Part shown: positions 39,401 to 45,865 of the stretch, one piece after another
How positions within the stretch are numbered: the stretch's first letter is position 1
How the letters are laid out: every line of letters starts with the position of its first letter
DNA from: Kiritimatiellia bacterium
GTDB taxonomy: Bacteria; Verrucomicrobiota; Kiritimatiellia; CAIVKH01
Direction of reading: 5' to 3'
Assembly (NCBI GenBank): GCA_025054615.1
Contig: JANWZO010000001.1
Coordinates: forward strand, 143,499 to 207,498
DNA: 64,000 bases
Notes under the pieces: model-generated
What the model saw: only the letters and a program-made list of their open reading frames with translations
Told to the model about the DNA's origin: nothing
Database searches by the model: none
Program-made: the position numbers and the translations under genes

Positions 39401-41595
39401 CCCGTTCCGGGCCAGACAAACGTCGCTTGGTTGTCGCTGTCGTTGGTATTGCCCAGGCTCATCGGCCCAAGTGCGCGGACCACACCCTGCGTGATGTACA
39501 GGCGCCCGGCAAATGTGTTCACACTCTCCATCACGAACCGACCGGGGCCCGACTTAATCAGAACGTTAGCGGCCGCCCCCGCAAAAATTTCGGCTGAGTT
39601 GGTCAGATTGACATTCGCAGTAATTTCAATTCCCGCCTCGGTGTTTTCAGTAAGACGAATCGATTTGGGAAGCACCGTATCGGTGGCGCCTGTGTAGCGC
39701 AGGGTGCCCCGCGCCGTGGAAGGAAACACCGAAGAACCCATTCGAATGCCCGGCGATGTCGTGCGAGAACCCAGAGGTTGAGCGGCGGAGGCTGAACTGT
39801 CGATGTAATTTACCGAAACAACGCCGCCCTGGATGTCAAGCTGGCCGGTAAAGGTGTTGTTGCCGGCCAGTATTAATGTGCCCGCGCCGTTTTTGATAAA
39901 ATTCTCAGTTGAACTGGACGAAACTACTCCACTCAGCGTCAACTCCGTTCCGCTATCGACCCCGATCGCAGACGTGATCTGGTTCGTGATATTTCCGGAG
40001 AGTGTGTTGTTGCCGCTGATGTTTCGAATCACCCCGTTGCTGCCCACGCCAAAGCCCCGCGTAATCAGCGGCTCCGGCGAATTGATATTCCCCGTCACCT
40101 CCAATGTCGCCCCCGTTCGCACATCGGTTGAGGCTGCCGTCGTGCCCAGCGCGTTGTTGTGAGAAATTCGCAACACACCGCCGCTGACGACAATCGACCC
40201 GGATAGCGCATTGTTGTTCGTAAGCGTCAGACGGCCGTCTCCCCATTTGCGAAGCGTCTGCGATCCACCCATGACGCCGGAAACCAAAAGCTCGCCGCCG
40301 CCAGCGACTTCATACGTAATCTCACGATCGAGAGTATTCGACCCACTTAGCGTGATCGTACCGCTGGTATTCGCGGCCAACAGATTCCGATTTCCAGAGC
40401 TGCTGCGCGACCGGATCTGATTGGTGACCACCAGACCCGCATCCTGCAGAATCAACATGGCATTGCTGGTACCAGAAGCCGGGCCTATATCTATGACGCC
40501 GCGCACGTGCGCAACCGTGCCGGTTAACCGCACGGTTCCCTCATCGATGTACAAGCCGGTAATATCGTTAGACGCGCCGATCCGCAATTCGCCCAATCCA
40601 GCTTTCACCAGCCCGTTGCCTGCATCGTTGGTCATGCGGCCCTCGATGTTGGCCGTATGACCGGCTGGCACCGTGATAAGCCGCTGGGCGCTATTGAAAT
40701 TGACCGGCCCGCGAAACCGGAGGGTGCCGCCCGCGCCGTTTGAGAATGTAACCGAATTCGCCAGAAGCATTTCCCCTTCAAACGTCGCCATCCCGCTAGA
40801 GAGATTTGCGATGGTCCTATTCCCAGTACCCGATCGAACATGCAACCGGTTCGACACCACCACGCCGGATGTGCCCACCTCAAGACGCGCCGGCACGGAG
40901 CCCCCATCTGCACCGACAAAAATGGTATTAGTGTGGTCGAGACCTGTCGTAACATTGTAGCGCAACGCGCCCGCCAAAATCGCCATCGTGCCGCGGTTGG
41001 TCACCGACTCCGTGATCACAACGGTTGAATTTTGCTGGATGGCGACGGTTCCCGTGCTGCCGCCCAAATTTCGGATCGTCAGCGCTCGCCCGTTAGTGCC
41101 CCACACGTTGACATTAAACCCCTGTAAATCGAGACGGATGAGCTCGAGATCACCAGTGACCGGATTGACCTCGAAGTTGTTAAAACCGGCTTGAATCGGA
41201 AACAGAAGGGCGTGGGACGAAGTGGAATTATTCTCGATCTTCGGCACATTCCCGCCAAAGTCATAAAAAATGTTGACCGTCGTGCCTGTTGCGATTCGCG
41301 CGGATGTCGCGAGAGAATCAAAAAAGATTCGGTAACGAGCCGTCGCAGTCAGATTATTGGTCGTAATCAGCTTATGATTATTGTCAAAGCGAATAATTTC
41401 ACTACCGGTTGGTGCTTCGGTATACCCTCGCCACCAGTTATTATCGACCTGCCAATTGTTACCATCCGCGGGACCTGAATCTCCGCGCCAATAGTAGGTA
41501 ACCTGACCAAAGACGACCTGCCCCGCTACCATCCATGCACATAAACTTAAAAGTGCGCTTATTGCGCGCAGGCGTATCGCACGGCATGCCCTCAT
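24415..41595 (-). CDS. Giant (~5,726 aa) modular cell-surface/adhesin-like protein
   Basis: Uninterrupted 17.2-kb ORF with a signal peptide. Contains autotransporter-associated beta-strand repeats, two choice-of-anchor-D-like Ig domains, repeated BACON/FN3-like/beta-sandwich modules and FN3 domains. Confidence 0.92.
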   Translation of the reverse strand: MRACRAIRLRAISALLSLCAWMVAGQVVFGQVTYYWRGDSGPADGNNWQVDNNWWRGYTEAPTGSEIIRFDNNHKLITTNNLTATARYRIFFDSLATSARIATGTTVNIFYDFGGNVPKIENNSTSSHALLFPIQAGFNNFEVNPVTGDLELIRLDLQGFNVNVWGTNGRALTIRNLGGSTGTVAIQQNSTVVITESVTNRGTMAILAGALRYNVTTGLDHTNTIFVGADGGSVPARLEVGTSGVVVSNRLHVRSGTGNRTIANLSSGMATFEGEMLLANSVTFSNGAGGTLRFRGPVNFNSAQRLITVPAGHTANIEGRMTNDAGNGLVKAGLGELRIGASNDITGLYIDEGTVRLTGTVAHVRGVIDIGPASGTSNAMLILQDAGLVVTNQIRSRSSSGNRNLLAANTSGTITLSGSNTLDREITYEVAGGGELLVSGVMGGSQTLRKWGDGRLTLTNNNALSGSIVVSGGVLRISHNNALGTTAASTDVRTGATLEVTGNINSPEPLITRGFGVGSNGVIRNISGNNTLSGNITNQITSAIGVDSGTELTLSGVVSSSSTENFIKNGAGTLILAGNNTFTGQLDIQGGVVSVNYIDSSASAAQPLGSRTTSPGIRMGSSVFPSTARGTLRYTGATDTVLPKSIRLTENTEAGIEITANVNLTNSAEIFAGAAANVLIKSGPGRFVMESVNTFAGRLYITQGVVRALGPMSLGNTNDSDNQATFVWPGTGMEAALEVAGGFTLGERIYLAGAGINSGGALRNISGDNTLTGRIFFSSATRISSDAGRLHVSNSTAITSAFGLTLAGAGEVEWNTPLNIGANPLIKDGTGTATVHSINTYSGSTTISNGVLVVRGSSANSAHTIMGVGTLRGTGTVGALTVFGLVDPGNTIGDRANLNSGNLTLQTNGGMRVDISNVSGTPGTEWDQIVVGSGSGSVTVNSTVDNPFVIYLHGNPTGWDSSTNYSWRIVNAGSISGFATNRFVVNTTGFSPSLGGGAFSVTNSGGNLFLVFTSGGLAGDVEVYGNNTLIVNGDTTPSFADHTLFGDVVTDGGTFQRVFTITNSGTAAIGLGGISFSGGHSSDFTVINQPPATLPAGGSTNITIEFDPSADGERWTDLTFTNTVAGKSPYTFRIAGTGVTYNLDVLGNGQVIADGDSTPSTADHTDFGLVGVSGATLTRTFTITNTGNRPLAISNVVIVGTHASDFTVVTQPPTQIAAGATATFQVQFDPSAIGLRTAEVLFTNSSSTGKNPYNFAIQGTGAGSGISNHPGTIAFTSMLGSLPSPSFQSFSVSNIGLETLTYSFATNASWLSVSNTANTAAPGAGNIHTVHVQLIAGLQAGVSNATITVTGDSFTTNSPQTISVTWTITNIPNPSAQSAVADGPQMVRLSWTKHPSFDVLIVYRNGAAPAAPAQGTSYNAGDTIGGSSLVIYKGAGSALEHVVPAGSTNFYAFYSINNNYYSPGVSAGATTPVFQVLITDQASYTNGVSLTGLNGGVGWGGAWGSGGGSWIVTNGSLEVPSGHPGAAANALYVPAPAANVDVTRNRPFGAAYSTGRLYLAYTFRAGAVGTGRYLGLQLTSNGAGRLYYGLRGGQTVLGVEESVSFGGQNSSYVINTGTGDIYTVVGRYDFATREMNILGYFKTTTIPAIEPATWDASYTVPAANAPGSIDGLSINMGGFGGLSLGNTWLDEIRVAQSWGQLWERMTMGVGPTSIVINTFIGGTATSGIFVVTNLGYATLHVTNTVSYGAGLSGWLSISPVTAAVGAAQTRVFTGAVVAAGVTNTGTFIATNTVSANAENSPIRVVYTLNVSNLPPVASASATPDGPQMVRLAWSNHPGLEVMVVHRYNAPPAAPAQGVYYSAGDEIVPGSFVAFRGAATSLEHVVNAASLNYYAIYSANGAFYSTGVLVSAVTPPFRSPVVEQASYTNGMTYLAGLNGGTGWNGAWNLSTWVVTNGSLPVPTRHPGPAANMFRLLPDSTTNAIWTRNIEADYIFNTGTVYLAYTFRTESFGPNRRVGMTIRDFYLGRGVFFGVAPGTYQFGIFAEQTWAGVTSSVSTGTGTGDVYTVVGRYNITSRVASLYAYHWTDTIPLSEPATWHATFTNPVANAPVDIDQLQIYLEGIGGVSVSNTAVDEIFYAPSWDQLWGFGGIGVAPTSIVWNVVWGGSPTASTFVVTNIGRANLFATNTLSYGNGLSGWVSLSHTSMVVYTSSAQVVTASLNMASVTNVGTFVATNRIAGHATNGPVDVVITLNVYPAPPSNLTAVADGPQMVRLNWNNHSNFNVMLVYRNGAAPAAPVQGTAYNPGDTIGGSSLVIYKGPATSLEHVVPALSTNFYALYSVSSNNFYSTAVSASTNTPGFDVLIIDQFSYTNGVPLGLLNGGTGWGGAWSSTSSLAGAYHITNVTLAYPTNHPGGRGNSLFLPAPGTNGTAIRSRPFGYTFSTGRIYLAYTFRLQTVGSLRYAGVHLMSGTNRILYYGVPGGSSHLGVQESITHSGSISTYFVTTGTNDIHTVVGRYNFETREMAILGIYRTGTIPFTEPALWSTNYIVPAAYAPSFIDGFAFSVGAYSGGVQSNAWFDEIRVARNWCQLWAFTGAPAIAVSPTSMSFSAMLGDNVSITQQLTIINTGFTNLIWSISTNYGAGLQNWLAIAPGAGTNPACDQTTINVVLQGGSLTNAGTFVATNVISGNATNGPISVPVTITVSNIPPPSFLSAIPDGPEFIRLAWSSALPVLLVYRQDSAPTADPVNGTSYSIGSTIGGGTVIYTGTLQSLEHAVRTNATHHYRIYAVNNNYYSTPTAASTNTPPYVDSVIVDPFPYTNSVLINYVAQHRGIGFTGNWFAITSTNNFLGHSQSLPAPLNYPTNGANKLWVFDPGVGEVAELYRPFPATSTGRIYVAFLLQMQSNNLLNFAGVHLAQGNTPYLFVGKGGGTTNLRVESIQAGYAGASSAYYVSTGTNNTHAVLGRYDFATRELSVIGVYQSSSIPTGEPITWDATYIVPAVHAPTYIDGIRLISGATNPSGVGHVYFDEVRIAPTYEDLFNLRPPHATNYLVGATNGITDAALRTGSYPVQLWLYSLFGMTNSATNPDYDFLNPLGTIVINDQPFTNFLYSDAGRSLQSSNHVQPAVAYNDVVLGVYTMRWSAATSNGVWRYNHVTLSNGTVQTFVVFDDDTNPPVANTIQSPHSSASHFMHVSSNNNAVGSVGGSSGTNITYILFDHYLANVIAPTSPLTFFFGASDAGSGLSRGVGADPLYHSHLSIGSAIVSNTANWDPVLSTHFTNTTTASTNAWTFTNAFSASVVSALVNNTAFGLGTNPVVLTWRDADDDRPGDQLSHPGQQHGLLVVRDDDTTPPEFSFFGIRGVTGVNTVRVDELQYGFGWWITGRVRDVESGVNVNGTSTNTPNNSPYFQLIDPTGTVRLTKVFDFLQFTDGGALVFTDGTVSNGAVAIPSVTTNDTGIWTARVVVADNDNDWGIHDQLVATNDIPFTVIVGPNLAGLAIAPAIHSVTSTFGVITAPSPWPNTFATNVGNGALIYSLQTVFVGPSGWLTVSPASNIILLGNGAVTSHTYTVDPSMLAPGVYTARVLFVGNQTNGTRTNIVALRVFGYQPGEIVDQFTNSSGSLENMIGGTGWTNAWNNNPDVGFSIDPGNLYVPTNYPAAAGNKACGNTAGTELQAFRYFNPFTTGKIFMAVAVRKTDGNADGFNGISFMSNAAEVAFAGKVFNNANFGIDLGPNGGMKLSSFGVNGVGDPGYFYVGMYDFNSNRFYGFALYGGALPLTEPNWYVTGTPTVAIGMINGIRVAAKDEGNFCFDEIRVASSWPGLLNQFTNEPNVHASGMHFYNVSTTSMTAGWIPGNGAYRIVVARESAPVTFVPTDGVSYASSANFTNAPDFGGNRIIYNGIGTNVHVTGLNPETLYHFAVFEYNMGGTPSPNYYTAPGFATGQQWTLSLEPFGNATNLMAYPDSPYSISNTWTIASGTPAPSGYLLLYGTNPVTALPQDGVGYTNGQLVGGFTAFIATPGTVSNALHTNLLTCTLYHFRIFSFRWNGSAPQTYNYFTSTVVTASAETLCAQPTLQASNIVFQSVGTSRVELCFSPGNGQGRVVVVRGTNAVNQFPVDGTSYTASTNFGSGSHLGDGNFVVSVGTATCVEVVGLAPGVTWHFRVFEYNGAGSGIDYLTVTASNNPRSVATLAQGIIYEGFDYGSFVNLSGLSGGTGWTNAWITTGGLVETGPGNFPQFGNYPPDYPAPTRSGFIDLGNTSEDTSGQRAARRNFAPFTSGKFVMGFKINNNHTLVGTNYLGVNLLNGSAVTAFVGKAYGVEQRRLSIQYGSQIRTNRLDGTNPGYEINAGVDYLIVLEYDFEQDTLKARAYTTNQLMHAVPEKEAAWIVEMTNVVIEKIDGIQLVASDNNQIVTFDSIRITPSWEETTWGVPQGWHDDYGPLPALVYIGTNYGPSVYNLVVTNLSDAELASTNLIDFAVRWEARLGGLFLTNTVATNLNIGSHQARVNPNWDPLAIGAATNPFNLDKVFEGYIGYNGFASVTTFHKAAFNVTNLDFTVNYFVTVSGENAPAGAPTVPAALGPSWAVVPTNRAMTINWPLQFYAYDDDTNAPLLGAKPLRVFTNSLIAPAQTVGSLDRYFIEDGVLTGAGMRVMVNIYDQHSGLQRSPHGPASTNATLSIPFVATNNFADYEASWSSAIGTNANATSTWSFAASLFTWQRVSDMWGGDGSGAQGQDLAVTVTMPDNDADRVNDQMIASNLLAGYIRLIDDDTDGPLMADIIYTGSVARPFFILTNLFPLGSGDTEIRGTYPRREGTSTNSTFAVTDEELALSGSKGLQFAFGAMDLGSGIRRATSGGTNDGINFEIRLTTPIVTNTIIGWNASLSTSNNAPGVVQTNIFSFTNGFFTESQINQLINNTLFTMAKRSLVRVNLQDSDNDRTNDVSINAALSYGWIRVYDDDVKGPSMTSLQVDNSFSDEAVLFTSFETSEGWPAFLASGTLWTNVVTNGLGTGVWFGTTYVNLGDAAGGVRKGGFAATGVGQYLQTPARTDVGKVMVDARLSSTGAVRHLELLFWDGTNWASAGTNEVDSADYQSEVWNIDWPGITTLRLVRVGTDGSPGIYIDNFIVLQSGFLADTNSLGWTNLTSVTIRWDHATDDYHGIDEYRIVAPAIGTTPPTATNHGFNVPGNQTSQVVSLLHQQGTITGFIFAIDNDLDRPSASSQDRAMGSVVAFRLRIDTNPPLPVANATNVTDDPLVDETTEIKVQWTPGHTNSHIAAGWRTSDNTPLSPWDTYIITVHELDGSFNPISTTVITKAQIPNLGSNNTSSIIISNLNFDALHRVRIRARDAAGNLSPEVVVTGLTVNFQVTQGISRVFSPGTNGVRLAWIASTNRVYDELFVDALNFSDSLSNAWKWLDRITNNVAGGNMLIDEGGFSPTNHYRVPPEELGATMRFYRVSLQDAWQPTNALRRGSREVYVTKPIRLVPGENWYGTFFVPDTATVAYVFGTNRVPAGTTYATATKIHWFSPQRGTGSYNFVTNTVGLYGGSSGGTWLRWTGDWGAVANDMVFPTHQGFMIELPVGSPTIHLPIVGRVMTQQQVIAIQGASGSGSNLFHVLNWNYPIHVSLTGALFRGSGMVGHNFVAFADEIRILSVSNGIASLTHPRVRWHLRSDGTTWNLAAYNTNEFSSPPTVANFRIRPDDVVIIIRRNPGMMYWTNRLYYSIPGKNFNP
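32480..37800 (-). repeat. Four tandem ~1.33-kb (~440-aa) protein repeat units
   Basis: DGP(Q/E)xxRLxW recurs near 37440, 36115, 34790 and 33440. Each unit ends in DE(I/V)xxAxxW/Y. Boundaries are approximate. Confidence 0.88.
37810..38540 (-). repeat. Two tandem choice-of-anchor-D-like Ig domains
   Basis: GNxxxIxxGDxTPSxADHTxFG...FTITNxG...FDPS..G occurs twice. Confidence 0.75.
39040..40620 (-). repeat. Autotransporter-associated beta-strand repeats within the giant protein
   Basis: At least five copies of LxKxGxGxLxL..NxxxGxxxxxxGxL (e.g. FIKNGAGTLILAGNNTFTGQLDIQGGVV). Confidence 0.85.
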
Positions 41596-42054
41596 CACAA
41601 AACCCTCGTTTAGCGCTTTACGATCCGCTTCCAACAAGCCCTGCCCATCAAGAATCTGTTAGAGAAATAACACAAAAATATTTGGACTGTAAACACCGTA
41701 CATCCATTTTCTATCGCATGGAAGGAGCCGGGGGGCGGTTCGCATTGGGTGCATTTATGAATTTGTCCAGCCCAACGGACCGTGCAGATCGCTGCAAGGA
41801 GGAACTACCAGCCGGAACCCGCCTCTTGGCCGGAGAGACCGACCGTCCTACGGATTCAGCCACCTTTTCGACAGATTCTGAAAATTCCAAGCGATGGAAC
41901 GGAGCGGACGGCAACTTTACAGACGATGGAAACATTCCCGTCCGGTACGAGCCGCTGCCCGCCACCGGTTACGATGGACTGCTGCACCTCTTCCTTTTAC
42001 CGGCCGGAACAGCGAGCCGTCAGGCTCTGGCACGGAAGGGCGAACCCCACCCGC

Positions 42055-44667
42055 TCAGGCGACCCGGAATGCGAGGTCGCCGCCGGGACCGACATCAGCG
42101 ATGACCCGGCTGCCCTCGGCAATGCGACCGTCGAGTATTTCCAACGCCAACGCGTCCAATACCTTGCGCTGAATCACACGCTTCAGCGGACGCGCGCCGA
42201 ATACGGGATCGTAGCCCTCGCGGGCCAGCAACTGCTTGGCTGCCGGAGTCAGCTCCAGTTCGATCTTCTGTTCCTCCAAATGCTTGCGCAACCGCGCAAG
42301 CTGGATATCCACGATTTCGGCGATCTGCTCCCGGGTGAGGCTGTGGAAAATGATGATTTCATCGATCCGGTTAAGGAACTCGGGCCGGAAGGAGGCGCGC
42401 AAGACTTCGTGGACCCGGGCTTCCATTTGCTCGTACGCCGGATCCTCCGGTTTGAGATCGGGGTGCTGCTGAAGCGTTTCCTGAATGATGGAGCCGCCAA
42501 GGTTGGAGGTCATAATGATGAGCGTATTCCGGAAATCGACTGTTCGGCCCTGCCCGTCGGTCAGCCGTCCATCGTCCAGAATTTGAAGGAGCACGTTGAA
42601 GACGTCCGGATGGGCCTTTTCGATCTCGTCAAAGAGCACGACGGAATAAGGTTTCCGCCGCACGTGTTCGGTCAGGTATCCGCCTTCCTCGTATCCCACA
42701 TAGCCGGGCGGCGCGCCGATGAGCCGACTGACCGAGTGTTTCTCCATGAATTCGGACATGTCGATCCGGACCATGGCGTGTTCGTCGTCGAACAGGAATT
42801 CCGCAAGCGCCCGGGCCAGCTCGGTCTTGCCGACCCCCGTGGGGCCGAGGAAGATGAACGAGCCGAGCGGGCGATTGGGGTCCTGCAGGCCGGACCGTGA
42901 ACGCCGGACGGCCCGTGAAACGGCGGAAACTGCCTCTTCCTGTCCCACCACCCGGCGGCGCAGGCGCTCCTCCATGTGTAACAATTTCTGTTTTTCAGTC
43001 TCGAGTAATCGGCTGACGGGAATGCGGGTCCAAAGAGACACAACCGTCGCAATGTCTTCAGCATCCACCTCCTCCTTGAGCATCCGCCGGTCCTTTTGAA
43101 GCTCGGCCAGCTTCGCCTGGGCCTCTTTGATCTGACGCTCCACACTAGGAATTTTCCCGTAGAGGATCTCCGCTGCTTTGCCAAGGTCATTGGCGCGCTT
43201 TGCGGCCTCTTCTTCGCCGCGAAGGAGCTCCAACGACTGGGTCAGGGATCGAATTTGTCCGATGAGTTCCTTCTCCTTTTCCCAATGGAGCATCATGCCG
43301 GATAGCTCCTCCTTCAACCGCGCGCGCTCGGCGTCGAGCTTCTCGAGGCGCTCCCGGGAAGCATCATCCTTCTCCTTTCGGAGAGCCTCTCGTTCGATAT
43401 CAAGCTGGAGGAGCTTGCGGCGAACCTCGTCAATCTCGACCGGCATACTGTCGATTTCCATTCGCAATCGGCTGGCCGCCTCGTCGACGAGGTCGATCGC
43501 CTTGTCCGGCAGGAACCGGTCGCTGATATAGCGGTGCGACAACGTAGCCGCGGCGACGAGGGCCGCGTCCTGAATCCGAACGCCATGGTGCGCCTCGTAG
43601 CGCTCGCGGAGGCCGCGGAGTATGGCAATCGTGTCTTCGACGCTGGGCTCGTTGACCAAAATCGGCTGGAACCGGCGCTCAAGAGCCGGATCTTTCTCGA
43701 TGTATTTCCGGTACTCGTCCAGCGTCGTTGCGCCGACGCAACGCAATTCCCCACGGGCCAGTGGCGGCTTGATCATATTCGAGGCGTCCACCGCGCCCTC
43801 GGCCTTGCCCGCTCCGACGAGCGTGTGCAGCTCATCGATAAACAGGATGATGCCGCCCGCAGCGTCCAGCACCTCCTTGATAAACGCTTTGAAGCGGTCT
43901 TCGAATTCTCCGCGGTATTTCGCGCCGGCTAGCATCGCGCCGAGGTCCATCGCGATGATTCGCTTGTTTTTGAGGCTTTCCGGGACGTCGCCAGCCACAA
44001 TTCGCTGCGCCAATCCCTCGGCGATCGCGGTCTTGCCCACGCCCGGCTCACCGATCAGGACGGGGTTATTCTTCGTCCGGCGAGACAGCACCTGAATCAC
44101 GCGCCGGATTTCCGTATCGCGCCCGATGACTGGATCCAGTTTGCCCTGGCGAGCTGCCTCTGTCAGGTCGCGGCCGTATTTCTTGAGTGCTTCATATTTG
44201 TCTTCGGGGTTTTGGTCCGTCACGCGCTGGCTGCCGCGAACGGCTTGCAGCGCCTTCAGTGCCGAGTCGTGAGTGACGCCCGCCGACTTGGCCAGACGCG
44301 CAAACGCCGAATCATTGGCGTCCAGGGCAGCGAGAAAAAGGTGCTCCGTGCTGACATAATCATCCTTCATCTGGGCCGCGAGGGCGAAAGCCCGCTGCAA
44401 AAGTTCTCGAAACCCGCGAGAGGGGTATCGGTCGATTGCGCCCTCAACTGTCGGCCGCTTCCTGAGTTCCTGATCCAACTGGGCGCGCAAACTGTCGGGC
44501 TTAGCGCCCAGCCGCTCCAGGAGTGGGCGGACAACGCCTTCAGGCTGTTCAAGAAGGGCCGACACCAAGTGGTCGACGTCCACTTCCGGGTGCCGCCACT
44601 CGTCAGCAATGCGCTGTGCGGCCTGCACAGCCTCCTGAGACTTAATGGTCAATTTGTCCAGTTGCAT
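42055..44667 (-). CDS. clpB: ATP-dependent chaperone ClpB
   Basis: Two AAA+ modules ([16 protein letters not shown]), a long coiled-coil middle domain and GYVGYEEGG. Confidence 0.97.
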   Translation of the reverse strand: MQLDKLTIKSQEAVQAAQRIADEWRHPEVDVDHLVSALLEQPEGVVRPLLERLGAKPDSLRAQLDQELRKRPTVEGAIDRYPSRGFRELLQRAFALAAQMKDDYVSTEHLFLAALDANDSAFARLAKSAGVTHDSALKALQAVRGSQRVTDQNPEDKYEALKKYGRDLTEAARQGKLDPVIGRDTEIRRVIQVLSRRTKNNPVLIGEPGVGKTAIAEGLAQRIVAGDVPESLKNKRIIAMDLGAMLAGAKYRGEFEDRFKAFIKEVLDAAGGIILFIDELHTLVGAGKAEGAVDASNMIKPPLARGELRCVGATTLDEYRKYIEKDPALERRFQPILVNEPSVEDTIAILRGLRERYEAHHGVRIQDAALVAAATLSHRYISDRFLPDKAIDLVDEAASRLRMEIDSMPVEIDEVRRKLLQLDIEREALRKEKDDASRERLEKLDAERARLKEELSGMMLHWEKEKELIGQIRSLTQSLELLRGEEEAAKRANDLGKAAEILYGKIPSVERQIKEAQAKLAELQKDRRMLKEEVDAEDIATVVSLWTRIPVSRLLETEKQKLLHMEERLRRRVVGQEEAVSAVSRAVRRSRSGLQDPNRPLGSFIFLGPTGVGKTELARALAEFLFDDEHAMVRIDMSEFMEKHSVSRLIGAPPGYVGYEEGGYLTEHVRRKPYSVVLFDEIEKAHPDVFNVLLQILDDGRLTDGQGRTVDFRNTLIIMTSNLGGSIIQETLQQHPDLKPEDPAYEQMEARVHEVLRASFRPEFLNRIDEIIIFHSLTREQIAEIVDIQLARLRKHLEEQKIELELTPAAKQLLAREGYDPVFGARPLKRVIQRKVLDALALEILDGRIAEGSRVIADVGPGGDLAFRVA

Positions 44668-44786
44668 GACTGTCGCTCCCGGCGCCCATTGTGCGCCAAA
44701 TTGTCTCTAAAAATACTACACGTAATTCTCACAAGCATTTGAAGATCAGATAGATTCGTAATATCCATCCGACCCTAAGTTTTTAG

Positions 44787-44802
44787 AGCAATCGGCGTGC
44801 CA
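44787..44802 (-). promoter_or_regulatory. Sigma-54 (-24/-12) promoter upstream of clpB
   Basis: The minus strand reads TGGCAC-GCCGA-TTGCT, an exact match to TGGCAC-N5-TTGCW, ~120 bp upstream of the clpB ATG. Confidence 0.75.
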
Positions 44803-44811
44803 ATAGCCGGA

Positions 44812-45849
44812 TCAAACCAGCTTGGCTTCAAGAGCTTGAAGGCGTTTTTCGAGGGCGAGGAGGCGCTCGCGGAGCTCGGGCAGGCGGGCGAGCGCGGCGT
44901 GCTGGCGCGCCGCCTCCTTTTGAGGCGTTGCGGGGAAACCGATTACGTATGCTCCCGGCGGAATGTCTTTCGTCACGCCGGCCTGAGCGCCGATGATGGC
45001 CCCTTCTCCGATGGTCAAATGGCCCGCAATCCCCGCCTGGCCCGCGAGGATCGCCTTGGAGCCGATGCGCGTGCTGCCTGCGATCCCAACCTGCGCGACG
45101 ATAACGGCGTGGTCACCAATTACGACATTGTGAGCGATCTGGACGAGGTTGTCGATTTTCACGCCATTTCCGATGCGCGTCTTCCCGAATCGCGCGCGGT
45201 CGACGGTCACATTCGCGCCGATTTCCACGTCATCCCCGATGACCACAATGCCAATTTGCGGTTGTTTCGTCCGAGTGCCATCAGGGTTGACGTCGTATCC
45301 AAATCCATCGCTGCCGATCACGGTGCCATTGTGAAGCCAGACGCGGTTGCCGATGACGCAGTACTCGCGGATCGAAACATGCGGGTAGAGTCGGCAGTCC
45401 GCGCCGATCCTAACTCCTTGCCCGATGAAGCACTGTGCGCCAACGATCGTGCGGGGACCGATTTCCGCACCCGACTCGATGACGGCAAGAGGGCCGACAT
45501 GGACCCCTTCGCCCAACCTGGCATCGGGACTGACTACCGCCGAAGGGTGGATGCCCGGCGGGTAGGCCGGTTCCGGTCCGGCAAACCAGCGGGCCACCTC
45601 GGCAAAGGCACGCTCAGGTTTGTCAACCTTGATCAATGGACAGGGCGCCGGCGCGGCCCAATCCTTGGCTACGATCAGGGCGGATGCGCGCGTCACGGCC
45701 GCATCCGCTGCGTAGCGCTGCTGTGACACGAACGCGATCTCGCCGGGACCGGCGTCCCGCACGCCAGCGACGCCCCGGATAACAGCCGAGCCGTCTCCGA
45801 CCCATTCAGCGCCGAGTCTTTGCGCAATTTCGCTGACGGCCAGCTCCAT
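44812..45849 (-). CDS. lpxD: UDP-3-O-acyl-glucosamine N-acyltransferase
   Basis: Hexapeptide repeats, IGSDGFGY, KIDNLVQIAHNV. Confidence 0.96.
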   Translation of the reverse strand: MELAVSEIAQRLGAEWVGDGSAVIRGVAGVRDAGPGEIAFVSQQRYAADAAVTRASALIVAKDWAAPAPCPLIKVDKPERAFAEVARWFAGPEPAYPPGIHPSAVVSPDARLGEGVHVGPLAVIESGAEIGPRTIVGAQCFIGQGVRIGADCRLYPHVSIREYCVIGNRVWLHNGTVIGSDGFGYDVNPDGTRTKQPQIGIVVIGDDVEIGANVTVDRARFGKTRIGNGVKIDNLVQIAHNVVIGDHAVIVAQVGIAGSTRIGSKAILAGQAGIAGHLTIGEGAIIGAQAGVTKDIPPGAYVIGFPATPQKEAARQHAALARLPELRERLLALEKRLQALEAKLV

Positions 45850-45865
45850 GAGTTGGCAACGGGCC

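Noticed and set aside
24415..41595. Giant gene as a classical autotransporter, RHS/CDI toxin or DGR target
   Set aside because: No C-terminal barrel, YD repeats, toxin-immunity pair, reverse transcriptase or near-identical template repeat seen.
41711..41965. 84-aa minus-strand ORF between clpB and the giant gene
   Set aside because: No recognisable motif or RBS, and atypical composition.
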